A stretch of DNA of 64,000 bases, taken from assembly GCA_036172245.1 (NCBI GenBank), contig JAYWIR010000046.1, forward strand, positions 248,001-312,000. The letters run 5' to 3'. The notes under the pieces are model-generated. The model did no database searches. It worked only from the letters and a program-made list of their open reading frames with translations, and was not told the origin of the DNA. This DNA is from Raillietiella orientalis (Eukaryota). Below, piece after piece: positions 12,486 through 25,399 of this stretch (the stretch's first letter is position 1; the number at the start of each line of letters is the position of its first letter). The translations under genes were made by a program, and so were the position numbers.

Positions 12486-14800
12486 CAATCGTCGTGTCGC
12501 CGGCTCATCACCGTGCCGATGGACGGTCGTCGTGTCGCTGATGCGTGTTCAGTCAGGTCTCCGCCTCATCTTGTTGTCTTTGGCTGATCATCCTATTCGG
12601 ATGACTCGATGGGGATAGGGACACAAAAAGACAGTTAGTTGGGGCAGGGAACTTTGGGATAGTTCCGGGAGGCACTGGTTTAACACACTCACACCGGAGA
12701 AATTCGCAGCGAACGGGGATGGAGGATAAAACAAAAACATACAAACCAACAAAAATAAATGAAATCAATCAATCAATCGAGGGTGGGAGGTGGCTAAGTT
12801 CACCGGGGTCTGCCGTTCTTTACACTCCATCTGCCGCTGGATGCTGACGATCTCCTCTCTTGCTCGCTCTTCCAGGTGCTGCCACCTTGGAGCTGTCCTC
12901 ATGTAAGAAGCTGCGTCACAACGGACCACTTTTCGCTTCCCTCTCGTCGCGAAAACGTAGCGGGCTTTGACGATGGCGCGAGTGCAACAGATCGTTGCGA
13001 CTATCACGCCAACCGAAAGTCCGTTTCCCATGAAGTAACGGCGAAGCACGTCGTTGGCAGCGCCTCCCTGTAACGAAACAGCTGGAACCAGCCTGAGTCA
13101 CACAGTTAGTTGAGCTCACCGAATTCGAGCAAGAGGTGCGGGAACGACTCGATCGTCCCGTGCCTAGAGCAGTTCGGAGAGACAACTCCCTCGGAAACGA
13201 TGTTACGCCGCTGATTACAGTAGAAACCCCAGTGTAACAACAACAGCACATCTTGTTTCCATCTCAAGGAGAATACAGAGCTAGCCAGGCAGTGGGTGGG
13301 ACCACTATCTCTTCGAGGGGCACACTTAATACGTCGCTCCATCGAAGGAGTCCCTTCGCCCGATCGGAAGGAGTGGCGGCATGCATCAGCTCCTTCGTCC
13401 GCAGCCGCCAAGGAGCTTGGTCTCCCCTACGATGGTGCAGGAGATCTTCCACCCAGCTGGTAGTCTACTGTCATTGTTTGCTCTGAGGTCACATAGAGCT
13501 GCGGCGAGGGGTATGGTGGCAAGACGATCCCATTTCTTCTTGTCCTGCATGATGTCTTCCAGAGGATGACTCAGGAAGAATCGCAGGCCTCGAAGATCTG
13601 CCAGGCGCATCCTTTCGGAAGCTGTCCATAACACAACCGACTCCTGCCGCCCTGCATTACTGTTTATAGGGCGACAAATGATCCAACATTGAGCTTCCAG
13701 TAGTGAGGACAGTCGCGGGAAGCCAAATCCTTTCCTGGTGTGCCGAAACTCAGGCAGCAACGAAAGGAGTCCTTCGCTGCCAGTGCAGCGCGGAAGAATA
13801 AGGTGCGCAGGAAGGCACCATGGAGTACATCAGAGTTTGGCACATAGTGCCAGATTTCGAAACTGCAACTGCAATTCGATATTGTTCATCGTCAGGATGC
13901 CTAAAATCGCATCCTGACGTTTCAATGGGGTTCTCGGTTTTTCGCTCACCATCGGATCCTCTGACGTGCCCTCCGCAGACTTGAATGCTGTTGGGAAACG
14001 GTGTGGAACTGCGCGGAATGCACGAGCTGCTCTTGAAACTTCTCTGCCGAAGGGCGTCACCATTCCATTCTGGGAACGTGCGGCTCGACACTCTTCCTCT
14101 CATCCACTTCCTAACCCTCTAGTTTGAACGAAGCATCCTCCCACATCTGCGTTGTCTTCGTCTGCGAAAGCCGGCGAAAGCTGCAGGCAAGGGGTGACAA
14201 AGCGCGAGTCCGCATCCAAGGAATGCGTCGGTGACCTACTGAAGCGGCAGACGTGCGATTTTCACTTGCCATCTTCGAGCGGATGATGCTTTGGTTGCTC
14301 TGAGGTTTCTTCCCAGCATACAGACCATAGGAGCAGTCTCTCACTTCCAAAAACCCTGAAGATCAAGTATATCTTCGGCTCGGTTCCTTCTGAGTTCACC
14401 CTCTGTGGAGGAGAGACTGTACCTAAGGAGATCGACGCTATCGTTTCTCTCCCAACAAGAACAGACTTGTCATGCTACTCCTTAAGACAGGCCGTCTTAA
14501 GGAGTTCGTAGTACGGTGAGGCCCACCGTACTACGAACCCACACTGAAGGGTGGTGAGCGTTTTTCTCTGCCTACGAGGAAACATTGGATGCATTCTAAA
14601 AAAAACGTTCGAGAGGAAGATTATCAGGTAAGGGAGCTTTCTCCAGTATTGCATCCTCCTTCGAGTTGCGTATGGAATGAGGAACAGGAGTACAATCCCT
14701 GATGCGGCCTCTCCTCGTAAGAATTCCCATCTCATAAAAGCAACTCTCGTGGACTGACCTTTGTTTAGGTGCACATGGGAATGCAGACCGGACCTTCATA
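12486..14800 (-). mobile_element. Decayed family-A-related LINE; 12486-~14500 is duplicated at 42298-~44320
   Basis: LRWKQDVLLLLHWGFYCNQRR...PNCSRHGTIESFPHLLLE and IELQLQFRNLA motifs; near-identical ORF translations in both copies. Confidence 0.8.
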
Positions 14801-14869
14801 ACAAACTGTGATCGAAGAATCCTGCATCCTCATCTTCCAGGCAGAGTGAACGCATGCATAGGTATTCAT

Positions 14870-17420
14870 GTGGATCTTTCGAAGGGATGTTTCTGTCACA
14901 CCAACTCACAAGTGGTGACCGACAACTTCGTCCTAGACTAACGCTTCCTTAAGCTTCTATCATCTCTGGACCAAGCCCTTGTGGAACGTTCCAAAAGTTT
15001 GGCAGAACCACTCTCTACTCAGGGGTTGCGAAAAGCGTTTGATTGATACCATCAGACGCAGACCTTGGTGCGTTTCTTCCCAGAGTTGGGTACGGATAAA
15101 TAAGCGATTCGATGTGCGTGATCAAGCATCTGGGCTCATCCAGACGATGCTCGACCTCGGATGAGGAAGGCAAGCGAAAAATCGCAATCGGGTGGTACAC
15201 CACACATTTAACTCTGTAGTACGCACGCTCTGGAGCAGGAAGGGATCGCATGCATTCATCGAGAAGGTCCCGATCAGGGAAGGCCACAAGAGATCGATAA
15301 CATCACGCGACGTCCGGCCACTTCCCGGTATGACTTGCAGTTCTCGGATTGCTGCTTCATATCCGGTCGTCCAACGTGAACTCCCTCGAGGAGAGCCCCT
15401 ACAAGAAGCAATGCGGAGGTAACGTGGAGGGATGCTCAGTATGCGAAGAACCCTTGATGCACACTCTGCACATTTCAAGTTCACCCTGAACAAATATGAT
15501 CATTTGAACGACCTGGATAAGGGAATGACTCAGGGAAAATGGCAGCTCGCCATCCCCAAACAACCAACATAGGAAGACTTCTGAGGACTCTCGTCGGGCC
15601 TGGCACTGCAGAAAGAAAAGCGAGTGGGCATAAAGAACGGTTCCTTTCCTGGTAGGAAGACAACGAAGGAGTTGGAAGGGAGACGAAAACAGGAGAATGC
15701 GCACCGGAAAGGATCTTTTCTTCTCAGAGCAAGATGAGCACCGATTACAGCGAGAGCACTGGTAGCAAGATATCTGGAAGTCTGGCACTCATGGAACGGA
15801 GAGGCGCCCAGATACTCGAGATTGCCTGCAGGAACACAGAAGGCATGGCAAAGAACATGGAACGAGAGCCCAGGCATGTGTTGGACAAGCATTCTGGGCC
15901 ATCAACCATGATCAAAATTGGCAGGATTTTCTGGAAGGCCACCAGAGCTGGAAATTTTGGAGAATTCCTCAGAACATACATGTGCATCACGTTCGAGTTA
16001 ATCCCGATCTCATGCAGGCTACACCTCTGGCACGACTTCGTGCGCGCCCATGCCAAGCACAGCGCTACTTCTGAACGCTCTCCTCATGCAGAGATGCTGT
16101 CAAGTTTGTCCGAGTACGGAGACCGGGGAAGATTGCAGCAGCCACGGTGCGTCTGTTATCCACTGCACCTCACGAAAGCTGGATAGCCCGACTCTCACCA
16201 CAAAGAAGCGCCTTTCAGTGAGACCTTCCTCTGGGTATAGCAGTGATCCTGGAAAGTCGATCTCTGGAGCAAGCCACAAGCCAGGAATCACAGTCGCTAT
16301 CGCCCTTTCGTAAGAAAAAAACGAATGAGCGCTTGCGGGAGAGGGACTCCCATTCTCAAGATTCTTTGCTGGCTCCTCTGCGAAAGCAGGTTGCCGATGC
16401 AACTCTTTTACGGAGCAGCACCATGATCACCTGTTTCACGCAACTTCTGAATGCATGTCCCTCGTGAGGTGGCATCACTTGACATCGATGCTTCTCCACG
16501 CTACTGCTTTTGTCTTTGGTAGGAGATCATAAGGAAAACGCACTCAGAGTAACAGAGCATTCGAAAATATCTTGGTGGACGAAGGGCACAATTCTTTTAT
16601 ATGTCCTTCTCGGGCTCATGAAAAGGTTCAGCTGCGGTCTAGGAAATTTTGCGGTTCACAGGAGAAGAGCTTTCCAGTTAACAGTGCTATCTTTATGTCA
16701 AAAAATCTCCTCTCTATGGAAATGTGTATGCATCTAACTCAGACGGAAAGGGCAGAGGACAGCTGAAGAATGCGGATAGGAAGCATTCGCTTCTTCATGG
16801 CATAACCTCCTTGCATCACCAAGCTTGATTCCCATTGCAAATGTCCGAAAGGGAAGGTCATTTTCGAGCATTTGCTAACATCCAGAGAAAAAAAAAGAAG
16901 GAAAGCACTCTCCTCCCCGTGGAAGCGTAGGCAACAAACAGAGGCCATCGCCTTCGGAGGGTACTTGGATTCTTTTGAAGTGCAGGTGCAATACAAAGCC
17001 ATCAGCTTCAGTGTCAGAAAGCATTTGGATTCTCAGAAAGATGCCTGTAGAAAAAAGACATTTGCAAGGCCAACAATTCCTTTATCTTTCACCTTCCTGT
17101 TATCTTCACAGAGTGCTCAAGTAATCATGCGCTACGTTTTTGTCTTTGACCGTCCCTTTGCGCGCCCAGCAACATGGCAATTTTCAACTTGCTGATCCCC
17201 GTTGAGGTTTGCAGAAACGACTCCGAAGATCATCGATTCAGCGTTCCTGGGTGTGCTGCTGTAGTATGCGGCGGAAACTGCCGCATACTACAGGAGCTGG
17301 AAGCACGAGCAGGAGCTGAGCAGCCTGCAGTTGCGGATCGACCTCAAAAGCAGTGTTCGGAGAGAGCAGGCATTCGGGAGTCTGGAACTCAGAGAGCGAC
17401 TTACTTATGATGTCCTCTGA
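14870..17420 (+). mobile_element. Heavily decayed L1-like RT/C-terminal relics
   Basis: KAFD-like remnants near 15030 and 17015; IGRIFWK resembles family-B IGTTLWR; no long ORF. Confidence 0.35.
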
Positions 17421-19029
17421 TGTATGCGAATGCCTTCTCTTCAGGAGAGGGGGAGGAGGGGACATCTGGTCGTTCCCTTTTCCTCTTAGAGATATTTAAC
17501 GATTCCTGTCGAGATCGATCTCGGAAAGGAAAGGGAGAAGACTGTCCCGCCGCCCCTGCGAGACACTCGTGTGGGTCCCCAGAGGTTTTCAGCTCTTTTG
17601 TTTTGTTTTTTATCGTTTTCTTCAGTGGCTTCCTTTTCTGTTGATCCTAAGGATGCTGACCCGGTGGCCGAGAGGGAGAGAAACAAACCTAAATTCTCTG
17701 CACAGCAGATTGATCTCATGTCTGCTTGGCATCCAGTGGCGGAAGACTTCTTCCCTGGTTGATAATGGGCCTTGGCACCGGGGTGGCAGTTCAGGAAAAT
17801 GACCTCAGTTCGCTATTCCTGCTGTTTCTTAAGGATTCCTGCTCTCCGATGCTGACCACCGACAAGCTGCTATTTTCCCGACGAACCCACTTGGCCCTCA
17901 CGCCGCGGAGAACGGATGTGAAAAGAGATTTCGCTACGTCCAGAAAGTTTCCTGACCTTGCCCTACGCCATATGCGGCCCTGTCGGAAGCAGCGGAATTG
18001 AAAATTGAATTACACCTCTTTCTGGCGCTTAGACATGCACCCTCCTGACTGGGACTGATCTTGGTTACGTCCTCCTCCACAAGAGTGTTTGTACTTTCTC
18101 TCCTCCTCCCCCTCCTCTTCTGGTCTCAGGGAGATCTTGAGAGCTGTTGCTCGCTTGAGCCAGCAGGCTTCCTTCCGGGAACCTCTACGGGACTCCACGC
18201 GCCGGGGCATTGAGTTCTGTTCCCCTGTCCATTCCTCATCAACATGCTCCAGGGATCCCGAAAACCTCCTGCGCCGACGCGTCTCCACACCAAAAGCGGA
18301 ATTCCATCCATACGCACTCGTTCTCCACCACTCTATCCCCCTCCTGAGGCGTGCCGAGGCTCCTGGAGGATGCGGGAATCGAGAATTTTCTCTTCCTCCT
18401 TTTCAATCCTTGCCATCCCCATCCCGCCCGGCTTGTGCGGGTACGAGGTGCACAGCCTCTCTTACTGCGGCGCGCTCATGAGTGTCCTAGCGGTCCCTCG
18501 TGGTGGCTCCCCTATGTGGTATCCGTGGTGACCCGGCACCTGAGGGCTTGAAAAAAGGTAGCTCCAAGGCATCTTCCGGAAAAAAAGATGCCGATCTTGT
18601 GAATCAAATCCTTTCACGGACGAAGAATCAGAAGGGAGATGTAGAGGATTGGAAGAAGCAGGATGGATTCCGCTCCTCCCTTCCCTGCCAGGAGTAGAAC
18701 CTCGAAACCAGCGTTTCGCTTCCCCTCCATAGGATTGAGTACAAACTAAGAGTGTCCTTCTTTTCCCTTACCAGATCACCCATCAGGTAATGTCCCCGTT
18801 CTTCAATAGGAAAACGTCTAGACGACCGCGGAGTAGGAATCCCAGCGCGCATTTGCAGAGTTTGTCGTTTGTTTCCATCTCTCCTCCAGCCCTCGCCACC
18901 GCACCACGAAAGAAAAACTTCCGTCATACAGTCCCGATGCAGCTAGCTTTAATGTTATAGGAATATCTTGGAAACTGCTACAGATTCAATTTTCATACAG
19001 GCAGAAGAGACGCAGAATTCACCATGCCT

Positions 19030-20250
19030 GCACGGTTCGAAACACTTTCCAGCCACCAGCAACTCGTCGAAACGATCTGACAACACACCTCCATCCCCTG
19101 CATCGACGATTGAAGAAAGATGAAGCAGAATATCCACTTGTTCTGCAACCTGAAGTTTGGATGCAAGAAAATGAGGGAGGAAACACCGCACCGAGAGCTC
19201 AACATGGAAGATCACTTCCTCTCAACATACTGAAAACAGTTAGACAGGCGATACGCAATTGGCAACGTGAAAGGGAAGATCCGTATGCAGGAGAAAAAAA
19301 AATTTCGCCACCGATATCTTTGCAATAGAATTTGCACAGGCAGGTTCGGCACACGCTGAAAGGGATTACGGAAGAGTTTAAAAGACCGCTACGTCTCCTA
19401 CTTCCGACATCAAGATCTTTGCCCGCTGGACTGGCAAAATTTACTGCGACATCTGCGGCGGAAACGTGCTCACACACAGAAAGAACTGAATGCGGACATC
19501 TCCCTGCAGGAAGTCGACAAAGCGTTCGCGGAACTCCTCAAAGATGTGGCGGCAGGCGGCGACAGTCTTACCATCTCGCATGACCAGAGTTACCTGTGCG
19601 CCTACCTGCGTCCGTTCGACGAACTCATGATTGAAATTCGAGAAAAAGGGAACATACTGAAGTCATTTCACGGAAGCAGGATGCGGCTATTGCCAAAAAG
19701 TGGCGATCTTAAGAAACTCACACAGTGACGGATCTTCTCCATCTTGAACACGGATGCCGAATGTCACGATGCCAAATAAGGCTCCTAACTAAAGCATTTC
19801 CAAGATAAACTCTGCAAAGCCTGTGGCGGCAGTGGAACACAGCTCTACGTCTACAAATGACCAACACCCACGCTACGACAGAACAATACTGAAAGTAAGG
19901 ATTGGCCTGCAGTAGAAAATGGAAACGGGGATCTTGATGGGAACGTTCGAAGTCAACGGCAATGTCCAGCTATACAACCCGATGGTCCGCAACATATTCG
20001 CCCTCTACATCACGAGCATCGCGATAACAAGGGCAAAGTTGCGGCATATCAATGTCCGAGTGCCTTCCGCGAACATCTTCAAAGGAGTGCTGCATACAGA
20101 AACTGGGATCAGCAAGTGAGGAAAAATATCCTTCTAGACCCACCTCTCCATCCTGGAAAAGACAGAAGACACTGCCCAAAGAGAAGGGTTGATTGTTACA
20201 CCCGAATAGGAGAAAACCGTGACAGGAAGAAGAAAGCGTTTGTATTTACG
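19030..20250 (+). mobile_element. Internally deleted family-B LINE relic
   Basis: KQNIHLFCNL, FHGSRMRLLPKSGDLKKLTQ and GNVQLYNPMVRNIFALYIT match ORF2 of the element at 34876. Confidence 0.75.
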
Positions 20251-20329
20251 AAAACTGCGATCTTGCAAATGCATACGGAAACGTGCGACAGCAATTCATT
20301 AAAGTAGCCGATAAATTCACACGCCACTT

Positions 20330-21270
20330 CTCGGACCTAAGGAAATAGAAAATGGATCACGAAGTCTACAGATTCGGCAGCATTTCTGAAGTCCATCCCA
20401 AGGTGGAGAGAAATCCGGAACGATGCAAAAGTAATGGAAGAGTTGCTAATACAAGACTTTCAACGCTTCAAACTCTACCTTGGGCGCCCCCCCCCCCACT
20501 TACAATTCACTTTGGCACTTTGATGGCAACTCTGAAGCGCAATGCATCATTTCTTAGCTCATCATTAACCACTTGCAACCATCTCACGTCCCGAGAATTT
20601 CGCCTGGCTTGATAGACACTCCTGTGCGTGTCCCATCTCCTTCAAAGGCTTAAAAAGGGGTGTTGACTCGAGTGATACCAATCGCGGGCGTCGTGGTCGC
20701 TACTGTGCGAAGCTCTCTGTGGCGGCTGACACAAGATCACGGATGGGAAGTGCATCTCAAAGAAAGCTTCTGGAGTGAGACTTCAAACACATCTTAATGA
20801 TGCTTTTGTTCTAGGATACACAAAAGCGAACGGAGCTTGTGCCCCGGTTGTGCACCTACAACTCAAAACCTTCCCTCAAGGGACTCTATGAACGTCTGCG
20901 AAGGAAACGGGCAAACCGCTGTCAACCCACAGACACCGTAAGACTGTTGATGATACCGAGAAATACTGAAATTCTTCGTCCAATTCGAGAAATGGACGAT
21001 GTAGCAACAGACTTGCATGTCTAGTAGTGCTACGATGTGTGGGTAAGTCTATTCCTGAAGCCACGGAAACGCTACTTCCGCTCTATCGGAATCACCTACA
21101 ATGCTTTTTCTGAATACAAAGCGAGACACTCTTTCCGCCAACATGAGGTAGTTGTCAGTTTGTAGGGTTTCTCTTGCTGGAATAACGACCTGGTTTTTGT
21201 ATTCTGCACCCGTTCCGAGTATCTGGCACCATCTCTTCTGAGCTCCATCTCTGCCGTGAGTAGCACTTTA
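20330..21270 (-). pseudogene. Unassigned gene-like segment divergently oriented to the BTB gene; paralog of 45812-47133
   Basis: Sequence homology to 45800-47150, including an identical 121-bp tract; no recognisable domain. Confidence 0.3.
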
Positions 21271-21861
21271 GTGTTTTCACCTTTCTTTCCGTTCGTTTTA
21301 TGAAACCATTCATTTTATTGAAACCTCCATTGAAACCCCGTCACATGTTGTCAGCACACGTGACGAATGAAAACACCCCGAAGAGAATTTGCAATGTTTT
21401 TTTTGGTGATATCGTGCAGCATGCAGGAATTCATCAAAGTCGATTTATTAGCAAAGGATCTGTGAGATGATCTCAAAGGAACCTTGCAAGAATGCGTTGG
21501 CATCTGCTGCCACACGTGCGCTTTTTGTCGTTTATTTTCTTTGCCGAGTTAGCTGTTTGGCATGGAGCATTCCGAAAATCAAAGGCATACACATGTTTTC
21601 TTCATCGACGCCACTTTCACCAATGTCACACAACGCGCAAGAACAGAAATAAAAGTGATGCTTTATGACGCTTTCATTCTCTGTCTTTGGTGCAACTTTT
21701 TGGCGGCGAGACTACTCTGTAAATTGCTGAATCTAGTTTTACCCTAAAAGCGAATCGTCATTAGCTAACCCCTTGAAGACAGCTGTAATACAGAGACGTT
21801 CACGATCTGCTAGTTTTTTCTTTCCTCATTTCATGGACTGTTCCTCATCTAGTAGGCGTCC

Positions 21862-23266
21862 ATGATGAGCGACACGAAGACGGACCAGTCAACGACCACA
21901 GAGGGAGAGTGCTGTGAGCTCAATGGAAGTCACGTGAACTTTGCCAAGATTTTAAACTATACAGCATATGTGAAAGAAAGATTCAAGAGGATGCTGGAGG
22001 AGCAACGCTTGTGCGATGTATGCTTTGTTTGTGGCGAACAGAAAGAGAAGATCCATGCTCACCGGCTGTTGCTAGCAGCTGGCAGTCCCGTTTTCCATAA
22101 GATGTTCTACGGAGAACTCTCATCCAACACTGGATTCTTCGTCGAAGTTCCAGACATCAGCTTGGAGGCGATGAAGAATTTGATTCTTTTCCTGTATACG
22201 GATGAAGGGCCTATGCAGAGTTCTTTGAGCATTGTTTGCAATACTCTGTACGCTGCCAACAAGTACATGATCCCCATTTTGAAAACGTGCTGCTTGGATG
22301 TCTTGCGAAAACTGAGAAACCCAGACAATTGCTGCGAGCTTTTGGACGTTTCCTACCTTTATGGAGAATACGATTTTCTCGAAGAATGCATGGTTTATAT
22401 CGAGGATATAGCACCTTTGGTATTCGAGTCTGACGATTTCGTCGTACTATCGAAGGATGTGCTGCTTCAGCTGCTGATTAGGGACACGCTTGCAATGCAA
22501 GAAATAGACATCGCCTACGCAGTCTCCAGGTGGCTTAAAGAACATCCATATGATTGTCGTGATGTCATTCAAGTCATCCGTTTCCCTTTGCTGTCCGCCA
22601 AAGAACTTGCCAAAATATACGAAGACTCAGACCTTCTGGGAGATGAGAGAGCATTCCAACTTCTTCTCCACATTGCCCTGCAAAAGGAGGGATCGTGTCT
22701 TGGATTTCCTGCTACTGCCAGATCGCCATGCACGATTTTTGGAATTTCTGGTTTTTTCCCCGTTGAACTTTGGGGATCAGAAGAAAGCCACAGCTTCAGG
22801 TGAGTTAAAAGACTGAATAGCTGCTTTCAGTGTATCCATTGAGAGTAGTCTGCAATTGAAAGAGGACTGCTTCTTCCATGGTCTCACTTTCTCCAAACCT
22901 CTCCCCAAAGATGCCCCATTTAGTGTGGAGATTCTCTTAAGAGCAGACAAATTGAAAAGTGATTACGATTCGTTCGCCGAACATTCGAGAATTTCAAATG
23001 CTACCCCCATAAGAGTCTTAGGATATATGCATGCGATGTCCTCATACTACTCCTACAGCATGAGAATTTTTGTTCAGGTAAGGAGGAGGCTGCCGGATGC
23101 CGATCATTCGATATCTCCACGCCAGGGATTTTCACACGTCAGAGGCTCTTTTATAAAGACAGATTCTCTGCGGAAACATGATATGGTGAAAAATATACAT
23201 TTTTATAAGTCTTCAGGCGAAGGACTGGAGATGACGCTGTGGTTCCAAAAAACAAGTGGGTCTTAG
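21862..23266 (+). CDS. BTB/POZ-BACK domain protein (BTBD1/2/3/6-like), two exons, predicted intron 22800-22830, ~457 aa
   Basis: CDVCFVCGEQKEKIHAHRLLLAAGSPVFHKMFYG BTB motif; LYAANKY; BACK-like IRFPLLS. Removing the 31-nt GT-AG segment joins ORFs 21862..22803 and 22856..23266 in frame. Confidence 0.85.
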
Positions 23267-23949
23267 AGTTGAGGACTCCATACTTCAAGAGGAAAAGAAT
23301 TGCCAAGAAAGCTTTTGATGTCGTCTCGACATCGAAACAACGGCTTTTTTCATCCTACAGTAAGAACCAACCCCCAGTTGGAGACGCATGTCAACCGGCG
23401 AATGAGAGCAACATATCTCTTGAAGATGGAATGTGCATCTGCAAGAGCACCTCCACTCAAATAAAGCGTTCTTTGTGTGTCAGAAAACTGTTGCTTTTTA
23501 TGTGCAGACAACAGGGTACGAATGCGGTAGTTGGATCGATGGATAGGACGATTGAGACGGGGATCTTCCTGGTCAGCGAACTCTGAAACTGGATGCTCTT
23601 GCCTTAGAAGTCTCATTTGCTCTACTGGTTAACTCTCTAGTTTCCAAAGATAGCTGGCCTCAGTGCTGCTGACACCGTTGTCACCACAGATGAATCTTCG
23701 TCGTGGAAACGTTTGGACGTATGAAACCATCTTTTGCTTGCGAGGTGTATTTGCATGCAAACAATCGTATCCCGTCTTGGAGAAGCAGCTGAAGACTTGC
23801 TTTCGATATTTTATATGAGTACATACATAATGAATAGGAAATTATCAAGAGGGAAAACCATCTGACTCACGCCGATCTGAATTCAAATCATGTAGCATTC
23901 TAAGTCCAACAGACTGTTAGCATAAGTCTTCTTCATCTTATGGGTATCG

Positions 23950-24465
23950 AATTCAAAATCGAGGTTGCAAAGTTCTACACGAATTAAAACCTCCCATGGT
24001 AATCACACTGTTTTCTGCAACTTTTTCATTTCAATAGCACTAACCCTTTGTACACAATCCTCTAACAGTCCATTTTTCACCATCCCCCCAGATGACGTCT
24101 TTTTTTAAATTCCCGCTTACTGCCCTCTTCTCAATTCTCTTAAGACACTAGTTCTAAACGGTCTTCTCATCTCCTAATTTCATTATAGAATTTCCATTAT
24201 AACACTAAATTCCAAATCACAAAAGAGGACTGGTTCACCCAATACAATCTTTTATCCACGCTACCAATTGACTGGGGAGATGGCGGAAACGGCGAGTTGC
24301 TTCGGATAGGTCACAGGGATATGAAGAGCTTGTCTCTGCTATACGATATGTTCTTGATTCACAATGTGAGGTTTTTACTTTTCAAGGTATAGTGAATGCA
24401 GAACTCGGTGATTTTGAAAACCTTCCAATCTTAACCCTACTTTCTTTGTATGAAGACCAGAGGGA
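23950..24465 (+). pseudogene. Leucine-rich-repeat gene relic
   Basis: LNSLKTLVLNG, YNLLSTLP, MKSLSLLYDMFLIHN and GDFENLPILTLLSLYED in broken frames. Confidence 0.5.
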
Positions 24466-24485
24466 GTTCGCTGATGTCAAAACTG

Positions 24486-24659
24486 TTTCTCACCCGGGTG
24501 AGAAGAGGCGTTTATTGCTAAACTATCCGGGAACTCTGTTCCCGGACAAAGGACACAGAAAAAACGAAGGGGGGGATCCCCGACACGCAGGTCGGTAAAC
24601 CGAAAGTCCGGAACGGGAGGGAGGGGACCACAAATATACATATAAAAAATAGGAATAAA
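24486..24659 (-). mobile_element. Very short family-A insertion (3' UTR only)
   Basis: Closely similar to 494-665; imperfect TSD GATGTCAAA at 24473-24481 and 24660-24668. Confidence 0.8.
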
Positions 24660-25399
24660 GATGTCAAAGAAGTGTGACGGATAGTTAGAAGCCAAAATTC
24701 TCAGACATGACAAGATTTCGCCAAAGCCTATTTATGCAATCAGGTGGATATTGTGCCTTTCCCGCTGAAAATATCAAACAGTTTCTATCATATAAATCAA
24801 AGATGTTTCCATGAAAGTTGGTAAGATTTCTAGCTGGTGTGTGGTAGGAGTCAGCAGCAACAGTGGGGCTTCAAAGGGCTGTCTGTTTCCAAATGACCAA
24901 GATCATTTGTCTCTGAATGAAGCGATCCCGGGAGACAATTGAAAGAATTCTTTTTCTGAGGATAAGTAGCTGAAACTACATCCTTCGAGGGAGGTGGATT
25001 TAACAGCATATGTGTTATTTCTGCCTCTTGAGACTGGTCTGTCGAGAGATACTGCTGACCTCCACGTTCTTCAACAGCAATGGTTGGCAATTTGTTACGC
25101 ACTTGCACTTGGGAATCTCGCTAGTTGACCGACTGTACACTTCCATCGTCCTCAGGTCCGACAAGCGGTGGGGCGAATTTATTAAAGCAAACTTTTAAAT
25201 TCGAACAAGCAATAATCAGTCTTTTCTGTCTTTTTGATTTTTTCACCGTTTGCAAATGTACTGGTTTTTCAACTGTTCCTTTTACTTCACTTTGTAGTTT
25301 CGGGTTAGGGGAGGCGGGGGATTGTTCCTTTTCGCTGGACGTTTTCGTCCATCGTCAGAAGGATGTAGCGATACTTTCTGGCTGGGAGCCTTCCGCAGT

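Noticed and set aside
21143..21164. TGAGGTAGT let-7-like start in a conserved tract
   Set aside because: Only nine bases match and I see no precursor hairpin.
22752..22758. T TTT TTC slippery heptamer as a programmed -1 frameshift joining the BTB ORFs
   Set aside because: The downstream ORF is in the +1 frame and copy 2 has a stop in that frame before the conserved region; the 31-nt intron explains the join better.
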